This document shows positions 8,075 through 16,534 of a stretch of DNA of 39,343 bases, piece after piece. Each line of letters opens with the position of its first letter. Within the stretch, counting starts at the first letter, position 1. The notes under the pieces are model-generated. The model saw only the letters and a list, made by a program, of their open reading frames with translations. It ran no database searches and was not told the DNA's origin. The stretch covers positions 1 to 39,343 of the forward strand of contig CAWVYV010000001.1 in the NCBI GenBank assembly GCA_963934475.1, read 5' to 3'. The position numbers and the translations under genes were made by a program. Origin of the DNA: an uncultured Alphaproteobacteria bacterium. Lineage in GTDB: Bacteria; Pseudomonadota; Alphaproteobacteria; TMED109.

Positions 8075-9703
8075 CTATAAATTAAATTTATAATCTTTAA
8101 ATTGTTCTCTTAATTGTAACTTCTGAATTTTTCCTGTTGCCGTATGTGGTAATGAATCTACAAAGACAACATCATTAGGCATCCACCAAGATGCAATTTT
8201 ATCCTTTAAAAAACTCAAAATTTCATCTTTAGTTACTTCTAAATTTTCATTTTTTACAATTATTAATAATGGCCTTTCATCCCATTTTGGATGAAAAACA
8301 CCAATAACTCCTGCTTCCATTACTGACGGATGTCCTACAGCAAAGTTTTCAATTTCTATAGAACTTATCCATTCTCCTCCAGATTTAATTACATCTTTTG
8401 TTCTATCTGTAATTTGCATGAAACCATCAGCATCTATCGTAGCAACATCTCCTGTTAAAAACCAATCATCTTCCACATGCGTTTCACTATTTTCTATATT
8501 TAAATAACCTGAACATATCCAAGGGCCTCTAACCCATAAATTACCAAAATCTTTTCCATTATTAGGTAGTAATATTCCACTTTCATCTGTGATTTTTATT
8601 TCAATTCCATATACTGGTCTACCTTGTTTTACAGCTATATCTAGTCTTTCTGTAAAACTTTGCCCCTTATGTTTTGGAAGAGGTCTATTAATAGTCCCTA
8701 TAGGTGAAGTTTCTGTCATTCCCCAGCAATGTAATACTTCTACTCCATATTTTTCATAAAACTTTTCCATCATAAATCTAGGACAGGCTGACCCACCTAC
8801 TACACAACTCTTCAAAGAATCTAACTTCTTTCCTGTCTGTTCTAAATATTCAAATAACATTAACCATATAGTGGGAACGGCAGCAGTAAAAGATACTGAC
8901 TCGCTTTCTATAAGAAATTGAACACTTTTACCATCAAGGTTTCTACCAGGCAAAACTAATTTAGCACCTACCATGGTAGTTACATATGGAATAGCCCAGG
9001 CATTTGCATGAAACATAGGGGCAATTGGCATTATTGTATCTCGTGCTGACAAATTCATTGCATCTGGAGCAGCTGCTGCAAAAGCATGAATTACTGTAGA
9101 TCTATGAGAATATAAAACTCCTTTTGGATTACCTGTAGTTCCCGAAGTATAGCATAACGAAGAAGCTGTTTTTTCGTCAAACATTGGCCATTCAAAATTA
9201 CCCTCCTCTCCATCTAATAAGTCCTCATAACAAATTAAGTTACTTAACTTTGAAGATGATGGCATTTGATTCTTATCACATAAAACTATTATTTTTTCTA
9301 GAATATCAACTTTATCTAATAAGTTTTCAATTAGTGGGATAAAATCAATATCAATAAATAAAAATTTATCTTTTGCATCATTGATTATAAATATTAATTG
9401 TTCAGGAAATAACCTAGGATTAATTGTATGACATATAGTACCTATTCCTGATACTCCAAAATATAACTCATAGTGTCTAAGGTTACTCCATGCCATTGTA
9501 GCAATAGTATCACCTTTTTTTGCACCTAATTTTATTAAGGCTTGGGCTAATTTTTTAGCTCTAATATTTACTTTTTGATAATTTGATCTAGTAATTATAC
9601 CGTCAGAGTCACTGCTAATAATTTCTGTATTACCATGATACCTTGCTGCATGATCTAGTAATGAAGAGATTAATAAAGGTCTTTCTGACATTAATCCATT
9701 CAT
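8075..9703 (-). CDS. medium-chain acyl-CoA synthetase (AMP-forming), DmdB-like (3-methylmercaptopropionate-CoA ligase family)
   Basis: 542-aa ORF with the AMP-binding motif [11 protein letters not shown]. The N-terminus [17 protein letters not shown] resembles the DmdB/medium-chain ligase clade as I remember it. Substrate cannot be assigned from sequence. Confidence 0.85.
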   Translation of the reverse strand: MNGLMSERPLLISSLLDHAARYHGNTEIISSDSDGIITRSNYQKVNIRAKKLAQALIKLGAKKGDTIATMAWSNLRHYELYFGVSGIGTICHTINPRLFPEQLIFIINDAKDKFLFIDIDFIPLIENLLDKVDILEKIIVLCDKNQMPSSSKLSNLICYEDLLDGEEGNFEWPMFDEKTASSLCYTSGTTGNPKGVLYSHRSTVIHAFAAAAPDAMNLSARDTIMPIAPMFHANAWAIPYVTTMVGAKLVLPGRNLDGKSVQFLIESESVSFTAAVPTIWLMLFEYLEQTGKKLDSLKSCVVGGSACPRFMMEKFYEKYGVEVLHCWGMTETSPIGTINRPLPKHKGQSFTERLDIAVKQGRPVYGIEIKITDESGILLPNNGKDFGNLWVRGPWICSGYLNIENSETHVEDDWFLTGDVATIDADGFMQITDRTKDVIKSGGEWISSIEIENFAVGHPSVMEAGVIGVFHPKWDERPLLIIVKNENLEVTKDEILSFLKDKIASWWMPNDVVFVDSLPHTATGKIQKLQLREQFKDYKFNL

Positions 9704-9805
9704 AAAATTATTCCTATTCTAAATTAAACTATAATTATTTTTAATTTCACTACTCTTTTAATTATGATACTGTTGTACACAAATCAATCATAAGCAAGGT
9801 ATTAT

Positions 9806-11086
9806 ATGGGAATAAAAATTGCAATAATTGGTTCTGGACCTGCAGCTTTTTATACTGCTCAATCGCTTCTAAAAGAAGATATTGAATATGAAATAGATAT
9901 AATTGAAAAATTATTCAGCCCCTATGGGCTCGTAAGATATGGTGTTTCCCCTGATCATCAAAGTACTAAAAATGTAAGCAGGGTATTTGAAAGAACTTTA
10001 AATAATACTAATGTAGAGTTTTTTGGAGGAATAGAAATTAATAACTCTCCATCAATTGAAGATATATTAGCTCTTTATGATACCGTTGTTATAGCTACTG
10101 GTATGGCAAAAGATAGAGACCTTAATATAAATAATACAAATATTTCTGGCTATTTTGGAGCCACACAATTTGTAAATTGGTATAATGGTCATCCTGAATA
10201 TAAAAATTTATCTCCAGACTTAAGTGGTGATACTGCAATAATTATTGGTAATGGTAATGTAGCTATTGACTGTGCGAGGTTATTAGTTAGCTCTGCTAAG
10301 GAATTAGAAGATACTGATATAACAGATTATGCCAAGATAGCTTTACTAAACTCTGGTATAAAAAAAGTTTATATAATAGGAAGGCGAGGCCCTCTAGATG
10401 CTAAATTTACAACTGTAGAAATACGGGAAATGAGTGAATTACTTGATTGTGATCAAGTGCTATCTAAAGGAACACTTCAAAGTATAAGTAAAACTATATT
10501 AGAAGATGAAATTAGTAAGCAATATAGAATACTAACTTCTTTCCCAGAAGAAAAACCAAGAAATTCAAACAAGACAAAAACAGTAGAATTTAAATTTTAT
10601 TTGAGCCCTATCAACATACTTGGGACTGATAGAATATCAGATGTGGAATTTAAGGATAACCTTAATGAAAATAATACAACCATTTCAATAAAAGCAAACC
10701 TACTCATCAGTGCTATTGGTTATGAAGGAGAAGAAATCGAAGGAGTACCTACCGATTCTACAGGCAAGATAATTAATAATGATAATATAATTAAAGATAG
10801 ATTATATGCTGTAGGATGGGCATCTAGAGGACCGACTGGTGTTATAGGAACTAATAAGCAAGATGGAGCTAAAGTAGCAAAACTTATTACAAATAATATT
10901 AAATCTCGAAATAGTCCTGGAAGAAATGGGCTAAAACTTTTATTAAGTAGATTAAATAAAAGATATATTTCAAAGGAGCAATGGTTCTTAATAAACGAAG
11001 AAGAGATAAATAGAGCTAGTAACACATCACCTAGATTTAAATTCACATCTTTTACAGATGTTTTTAATTTTTTAGATAATATATAA
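9806..11086 (+). CDS. adrenodoxin-reductase / FprA-type NADPH:ferredoxin oxidoreductase
   Basis: 426-aa ORF with FAD motif IAIIGSGPAAFYTA, NADP motif IIGNGNVAIDCARLL and C-terminal GWASRGPTGVIGTNKQDG, typical of AdR/FprA. Confidence 0.8.
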   Translation: MGIKIAIIGSGPAAFYTAQSLLKEDIEYEIDIIEKLFSPYGLVRYGVSPDHQSTKNVSRVFERTLNNTNVEFFGGIEINNSPSIEDILALYDTVVIATGMAKDRDLNINNTNISGYFGATQFVNWYNGHPEYKNLSPDLSGDTAIIIGNGNVAIDCARLLVSSAKELEDTDITDYAKIALLNSGIKKVYIIGRRGPLDAKFTTVEIREMSELLDCDQVLSKGTLQSISKTILEDEISKQYRILTSFPEEKPRNSNKTKTVEFKFYLSPINILGTDRISDVEFKDNLNENNTTISIKANLLISAIGYEGEEIEGVPTDSTGKIINNDNIIKDRLYAVGWASRGPTGVIGTNKQDGAKVAKLITNNIKSRNSPGRNGLKLLLSRLNKRYISKEQWFLINEEEINRASNTSPRFKFTSFTDVFNFLDNI

Positions 11087-11104
11087 AATCATTTAAGGAG
11101 CACT

Positions 11105-12262
11105 ATGTCATTAGACCAAGAGTCTTTCACAATATTTTTAGATACAATTCAAAAATTTGTAGATAACAAGCTTATACCCAGAGAAGAAGAGGTTTCAAAA
11201 ACTAATAATATACCCATTGATATTATTAATGAAATGAAAGAATTAGGCTTATTTGGTATTTCTATACCTCAAGAATATGGAGGATCAAATCTTTCTATGG
11301 AGGAAGAAGTTAGATTAACATTTGAATTAGGTAGAGCTGCTCCTGCATTTCGATCTATAGCTGGCACTAATATAGGTATAGGTTCACAAGCTATAGTAAT
11401 GTCAGGAACTGAAGAACAAAAACTAAAATATTTACCACAATTTGCTACAGGAGCATTAATAGGGTCTTTTGCCTTGACTGAACCTGATGCTGGATCAGAT
11501 GCTATGTCAATAAAAACTACAGCCAAAAAAATTGGTAATAAATATATAATCAATGGAACAAAAAGGTATATTACAAATGCTCCTATTGCGGGAGTTTTTT
11601 CTGTAATGGCAAGGACTAAACCTGAAAAAAAATCATCTTCTATTTCCTGCTTTTTAATAGATGCTCATACTCCAGGTCTATCTATTGGAAAACCAGATAT
11701 CAAAATGGGGCAAAGAGGTGCCTTAACTGCTGATGTAATATTTGATGATTGTGAAGTATCAGAAGATACTTTACTAGGAGGACAAGAAGGTATTGGATTC
11801 ACCACAGCCATGAAAGTACTTGATAAAGGCAGGCTTCATATTTCAGGTATATGCGTTGGTTTGTCGGAAAGACTATTATCCGAATCTTTAAAATTTTCTA
11901 CCAGTAGAAAACAATTTGGTGAAGATATATCTAACTTTCAATTAATACAGGCTATGATTGCAGATAGTCAAACTGAAATTTTAGCAGCAAAAAACCTTAT
12001 CCTAAATACTGCCATAATGAGAGATAAAGGTATTAATATTACCTTAGATTCCTCATGTGCAAAATTATTTGCATCAGAAGCTTTAGGCAAGATTGCTGAT
12101 AGAGCAGTTCAAATACATGGTGGGGCTGGTTATATGGCTGAATACCCTGTAGAAAGATTATATAGAGACGCAAGATTATTTCGTATTTATGAAGGTACAA
12201 GTCAAATACAACAATTAATTATAGCTAGAGAAACCATAAAACGATTTAAAAATAGTAATTAA
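11105..12262 (+). CDS. acyl-CoA dehydrogenase (short/medium-chain type)
   Basis: 385-aa ORF with FALTEPDAGSDA, QIHGGAGY and the C-terminal catalytic region YEGTSQIQQLIIAR. It starts 18 nt after the FprA-like gene. Confidence 0.9.
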   Translation: MSLDQESFTIFLDTIQKFVDNKLIPREEEVSKTNNIPIDIINEMKELGLFGISIPQEYGGSNLSMEEEVRLTFELGRAAPAFRSIAGTNIGIGSQAIVMSGTEEQKLKYLPQFATGALIGSFALTEPDAGSDAMSIKTTAKKIGNKYIINGTKRYITNAPIAGVFSVMARTKPEKKSSSISCFLIDAHTPGLSIGKPDIKMGQRGALTADVIFDDCEVSEDTLLGGQEGIGFTTAMKVLDKGRLHISGICVGLSERLLSESLKFSTSRKQFGEDISNFQLIQAMIADSQTEILAAKNLILNTAIMRDKGINITLDSSCAKLFASEALGKIADRAVQIHGGAGYMAEYPVERLYRDARLFRIYEGTSQIQQLIIARETIKRFKNSN

Positions 12263-12684
12263 CTCTCCAATAGCTCTATTTTACTTATAATACTTTTAGA
12301 TAAAGGAGCTGATTTATGAGTTTTTTGGTTTGTATTTACCCATACAACCTCACCAGATACTAGCATATTATCTTCTTTATTAGGATGAACTTCTATATAA
12401 AAAGTTAAACTAGAAGTACCTATTTTTCTAACTTTCAAGCAAACATCAATAATTTGATCAAAGTGTATAGGTGATTTATATTCAACTAAAGTTTTTACAG
12501 TATGGAAATCTTCATTTCTTTCTTTAACTTCCTTAACATAATCATACTCAATATGCCTCAAGTATTCTGTCATAGCTGTATCAAAATATGTTAAATAATG
12601 AGCATTAAAAACAATTCCTTGCGCATCCACCTCCGAATACCTTACTCTAAAAGAATAAGAAAAATTAAATATATTTCTACTCAT
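12259..12684 (-). CDS. acyl-CoA thioesterase, 4HBT/YbgC hotdog family
   Basis: 141-aa ORF. RVRYSEVDAQGIVFNAHYLTYFDTA is the YbgC/4HBT N-terminal catalytic Asp motif. Its stop shares the palindrome TTAA (12259-12262) with the ACAD stop on the other strand. Confidence 0.8.
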   Translation of the reverse strand: MSRNIFNFSYSFRVRYSEVDAQGIVFNAHYLTYFDTAMTEYLRHIEYDYVKEVKERNEDFHTVKTLVEYKSPIHFDQIIDVCLKVRKIGTSSLTFYIEVHPNKEDNMLVSGEVVWVNTNQKTHKSAPLSKSIISKIELLES

Positions 12685-12696
12685 TATTTTAAAAAC

Positions 12697-13971
12697 CTAA
12701 AATTGGGATGAATTATAAGACATATCAATAGCTGAAGAAACAACATCTAACATAGCATTTTTATTAACTTCGTCTAACATAGCTTCTGATACATATATTT
12801 CTGCTAATTTTAAGGTATTTTTTATTCTAACTATTCTTGCATTTAATGGGTCTATACCATTTAATGTTTTAATAGCTAGCCTTACAGCCTTATCTCCATC
12901 TGCCATAGGTATTGGGATTTTACCCCCTTCTAATTTAGAACTAGCTACAACATTTGCATAAGTTGTGGGGAAATCAATTTTATCAAATAGCTTTTTAGTA
13001 ATTACATCAGCAGCCGCGAAACCAGTAGCATTTCCTTTTGTTTTATCGGTTAAATCTAATAGAACAATTTTAGAGACATTTGGTTTTTCAAAACCTGGTT
13101 CATTTTTATTACCAGTAATATTGGGATCGCACCCTCCTCCACTAATTTCTTTACCAATTTCATCTATTATTAAAACATCTATTTGATCAAAACATATTTT
13201 TCCCATAAGTTTTTTTGCCATAGTTTGTAAATTAGCTTCTTTATCAAATAGCTGGTCAGCTGGAATAGCTTCTACAATAGCGGTGTGATCATAAGCATCT
13301 TCAACTAAACCTACACCAAATAAAAAGTTAATTTTTTCTAATAAGTGTTTTGCAGCATTTGGAAGTTTTGTCCCAAATATACTCATAGGATATGCACCAT
13401 GAAGCTCACTGGCTCCATTAATTTTCCCCATGCCTATTGTCATCATTTTGACTATTCCACTTTCAATAGCACCACGAAAGTTTGTGTGAGGTTTAACTCT
13501 ATTAATTAAAATAACTCCATCTGCTTCATAAGCAAATTTATCCATATGAACTTTTGTTCCATCATCTAATACAACTGGAACTACAGTTTCCATAGTAGCT
13601 CTAACTTCAGCTCCTACTTTTTCTTCAGTTACTCCGTAACCTGCTAACAGAGCCCTTTGGTTTTCAATTGTACCGCCACCGTGGCTACCCATGGCAGGAA
13701 ATATAAATGGTTTTGCACCTAATTCTTTTAAACAAGAGACTATAGATTTTACTGCGACATCTATATTTGCAACTCCTCTACTACCTACTCCAATAGCTAT
13801 AGAAGCACCCACTTTAATAGTATTTTTTATTTCTGGTTTATTAATTTCATTTTTAACCGCTAAAGCTACATCATTAATTTTATGATCTTCAAAGTTTTGT
13901 TTTACTTTAACCATCTTAGGTATCGCAAAATCAAGCCCACCTGGTATATTAATTTGTAGATTATCAAACAT
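12697..13971 (-). CDS. LarA-like (DUF2088, nickel-pincer lactate racemase family) protein
   Basis: 424-aa ORF, the same length as LarA. By eye FPAMGSHGGGTIENQRALLAGYG aligns with LarA VATGFHRPSTHEELVNKYG, and EADGVILINRVKPHTNFRGAIESGIVK aligns with EADLLISEGFIESHFFAGFSGGRK. The two His and the Lys are therefore retained. Distant; needs an HMM check. Confidence 0.55.
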   Translation of the reverse strand: MFDNLQINIPGGLDFAIPKMVKVKQNFEDHKINDVALAVKNEINKPEIKNTIKVGASIAIGVGSRGVANIDVAVKSIVSCLKELGAKPFIFPAMGSHGGGTIENQRALLAGYGVTEEKVGAEVRATMETVVPVVLDDGTKVHMDKFAYEADGVILINRVKPHTNFRGAIESGIVKMMTIGMGKINGASELHGAYPMSIFGTKLPNAAKHLLEKINFLFGVGLVEDAYDHTAIVEAIPADQLFDKEANLQTMAKKLMGKICFDQIDVLIIDEIGKEISGGGCDPNITGNKNEPGFEKPNVSKIVLLDLTDKTKGNATGFAAADVITKKLFDKIDFPTTYANVVASSKLEGGKIPIPMADGDKAVRLAIKTLNGIDPLNARIVRIKNTLKLAEIYVSEAMLDEVNKNAMLDVVSSAIDMSYNSSQF

Positions 13972-14088
13972 GCTATTAATCCCTATTAAATAATATTAAT
14001 AAAACGTAATACATAATATCATATATTTATAAAATATAAATATATTCTTGCATATAATATATAAAAGAATAATCATAATCTGTACTTA

Positions 14089-14955
14089 ATGAGTAATAAA
14101 AATGGCTTAAAAAATATGAAAAATATAATCGAATTAGAAACAGGTACAAGACAGCTGCTCTCTCATATACATGGTAATATAGGTATCATAACACTAAATA
14201 GACCAGAATCTAAAAATGCCTTATCAGATGAATTAACTCCCGCTTTAAGAGTACAAATAGCTAACCTAAATATAGATAAAAGAGTAAATAGTCTAATTAT
14301 AACTGGTGCTGGTGATGCTTTTTGTGCAGGCGGTGATATAAAATCTATGAATTCATCAAACAATAAAGAAGGAGGTTGGAGTAAATACCAATCTGATGAG
14401 GAATCTATAAAGAGTTTACAAGAGAAGCAAATGACGTTGACATATTCTCTATATAATTTTTCAAAGCCTACAATAGCAGCTCTTCCAGGAGCAGCTGCGG
14501 GCGCAGGGTTATCTATAGCTCTCGCCTGTGATTTTAGATTTGTAAATGAAAATGCTTTTGCAGTTGCAGGTTATGGAAAAATAGCTCTAACAGGAGACTA
14601 TGGTATGTCTTGGTTACTTCCTAGATTAGTAGGCGTATCTAAAGCTAAAGATATAATGTTTAGTAATAAAAAAATATTAGCAAAAGAAGGACTTAGTATT
14701 TGTTTATTTGATAATATTATTAAAGGAGACAGTTTATTAAAATCTACTTTAGAATATGCCAATTTGATAAGTTCATTTTCACCTTTTGCTTTAAAAGCAA
14801 TGAAAAAAAATATTAATAATTGTTATGAATTAAACTTAGAAGAAGCATTATATCAAGAGGCTATAGAATTAATTAAAGCAACTAAATCTAGTGATCATAA
14901 AGAAGGCATTAAAGCGTTTATTGAAAAAAGAAAGCCTAACTTTATAGGTAACTAA
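14089..14955 (+). CDS. enoyl-CoA hydratase/isomerase (crotonase family)
   Basis: 288-aa ORF with ITLNRPESKNAL, GAGDAFCAGGDIK, AAGAGLSIALACDFRF and C-terminal EGIKAFIEKRKP. The start could instead be the ATG at codon 10. Confidence 0.85.
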   Translation: MSNKNGLKNMKNIIELETGTRQLLSHIHGNIGIITLNRPESKNALSDELTPALRVQIANLNIDKRVNSLIITGAGDAFCAGGDIKSMNSSNNKEGGWSKYQSDEESIKSLQEKQMTLTYSLYNFSKPTIAALPGAAAGAGLSIALACDFRFVNENAFAVAGYGKIALTGDYGMSWLLPRLVGVSKAKDIMFSNKKILAKEGLSICLFDNIIKGDSLLKSTLEYANLISSFSPFALKAMKKNINNCYELNLEEALYQEAIELIKATKSSDHKEGIKAFIEKRKPNFIGN

Positions 14956-14976
14956 TATGAAATACAGGAAACTAAT

Positions 14977-16056
14977 ATGAAATGGTATGAAAACAAACTC
15001 TCAAATGCTTTAAATATTAAATACCCTATTATACAAGCTCCTATGGCTAGTGCAGCAAGTGTAGAACTTGCATCAGAGGTTTCTAATGCGGGAGGGTTAG
15101 GTTCACTTGGTTTAAGTTATCATAAATTTAAAAATATTTTACCTGATTATAAAAAAATACTGAGCAAGACTAATCATACCGTTAATTTAAATTTTTTCAC
15201 ACATAAAGAACCTGTAAATAATGATATAATAAATAAAAACTTTAAAGATAATATATCAAAATATTACAAAGAACATGCTATTGATGAAATTCCAGATATT
15301 ATAAACACATGCGAAACTTTTAATAGCCAGCAACTTAATTTATTACTCCAAATGAATCCAAAGGTTGTAAGTTTTCATTTTGGATTACCTAAAGATAATT
15401 TTATTAAAGAAATAAAAAAACAAAATATATATATAATAAGTTCTGCTACAACCGTTGAAGAAGCAATAATACTAGAAAACTCTGGGGCCGATGCAATAAT
15501 TGCTCAAGGTTTTGAAGCAGGTGGACATAGAGGTACTTTTCATTCTACCTACAAAGAAGGGGAAATTGGCTTGTTTTCATTATTACCTCAAATTGTTAAT
15601 AATGTTAATGTACCTGTTATAGCTGCAGGGGGTATAGCTGATGGCAGAGGTATAGCTGCTGCTCTAATGTTAGGAGCACAAGGAGTTCAATTAGGCACTG
15701 CATTTTTAAAATGTCCAGAAGCTTCTGTGCATCCACTTTGGAAAAAAGCATTAGAGAATTCAGGATCAAGAGAAACTAGAATTACAAGTGCATTTACTGG
15801 TAGACCTGCAAGAGGTATAGTTAACCATTTAATAAAAGAAATGGAAGGTAAAGGATATATACTTCCTGATTTCCCAAAAGTAGGGTCTATTATAAAGCCA
15901 TTAGCTAATTCAGTTGCTCAAAAGGGTGATGAAAGTTTTTTATCTCTTTGGGCTGGCCAATCCGCACCTATGTCAAAAAGTTTACCTGCAAAAGATTTAG
16001 TACAAGAGCTAACAAAAGAGGTGTCTAGTATTTTTGATGATATTAAAAACAACTAA
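14977..16056 (+). CDS. nitronate monooxygenase / FMN-dependent NMO (FabK-like) family oxidoreductase
   Basis: 359-aa ORF with YPIIQAPMASAAS, AQGFEAGGHRG and IAAGGIADGRG motifs. Confidence 0.85.
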   Translation: MKWYENKLSNALNIKYPIIQAPMASAASVELASEVSNAGGLGSLGLSYHKFKNILPDYKKILSKTNHTVNLNFFTHKEPVNNDIINKNFKDNISKYYKEHAIDEIPDIINTCETFNSQQLNLLLQMNPKVVSFHFGLPKDNFIKEIKKQNIYIISSATTVEEAIILENSGADAIIAQGFEAGGHRGTFHSTYKEGEIGLFSLLPQIVNNVNVPVIAAGGIADGRGIAAALMLGAQGVQLGTAFLKCPEASVHPLWKKALENSGSRETRITSAFTGRPARGIVNHLIKEMEGKGYILPDFPKVGSIIKPLANSVAQKGDESFLSLWAGQSAPMSKSLPAKDLVQELTKEVSSIFDDIKNN

Positions 16057-16057
16057 A

Positions 16058-16432
16058 TCAAGATCTCATTAATATTTGAGCCATTTTTTCCTTTAATAAT
16101 AAAACACCTTTTAATGGCCTCACCATTACTTTAAAAGAAGTTATTTTATTATTATTCCATTTAATGATATCTACACCATTTATATAAATATTATTTAATT
16201 CACATTCAAACTCACAAATTGCATATTTATTATTATGTATTTCATTTATATATTTAAAGGAAACATTAAAGAGAACTTCTGATGCAGCCATTAAATATTT
16301 TTTTGAAATATTAAAGCCTATTTGTGGTGAATGTACTACAGGAGAATAAAAAATAATATTTTCTGATAATAAATTATCTAAAATTTTTGGATCTTTTGTT
16401 TTAACGAAATTGTGCCAATTTTTAATTACCAT
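16058..16432 (-). CDS. NTF2-like / SnoaL-like small protein
   Basis: 124-aa ORF. The length and the N-terminal helix (WHNFVKTKDPKILDNLLSENIIFYSP) resemble the NTF2/SnoaL fold. Weak assignment. Confidence 0.45.
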   Translation of the reverse strand: MVIKNWHNFVKTKDPKILDNLLSENIIFYSPVVHSPQIGFNISKKYLMAASEVLFNVSFKYINEIHNNKYAICEFECELNNIYINGVDIIKWNNNKITSFKVMVRPLKGVLLLKEKMAQILMRS

Positions 16433-16534
16433 AATAAATCCATAATTTTATAATAAATGCACTTTATACTAATAATACTATTATTCTATTTAATTTAACT
16501 TGACGTAACATTGTTAATATAAGAAATATTATTT

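Noticed and set aside
16433-16534. Sigma70-like -35/-10 hexamers (for example TTGACG upstream of prfC) and similar TATAAT-like strings in nearly every spacer.
   Set aside because: In roughly 70% A+T DNA, TATAAT-like hexamers are ubiquitous. Spacing to the candidate -35 elements was not canonical, so promoter calls cannot be supported without TSS data.
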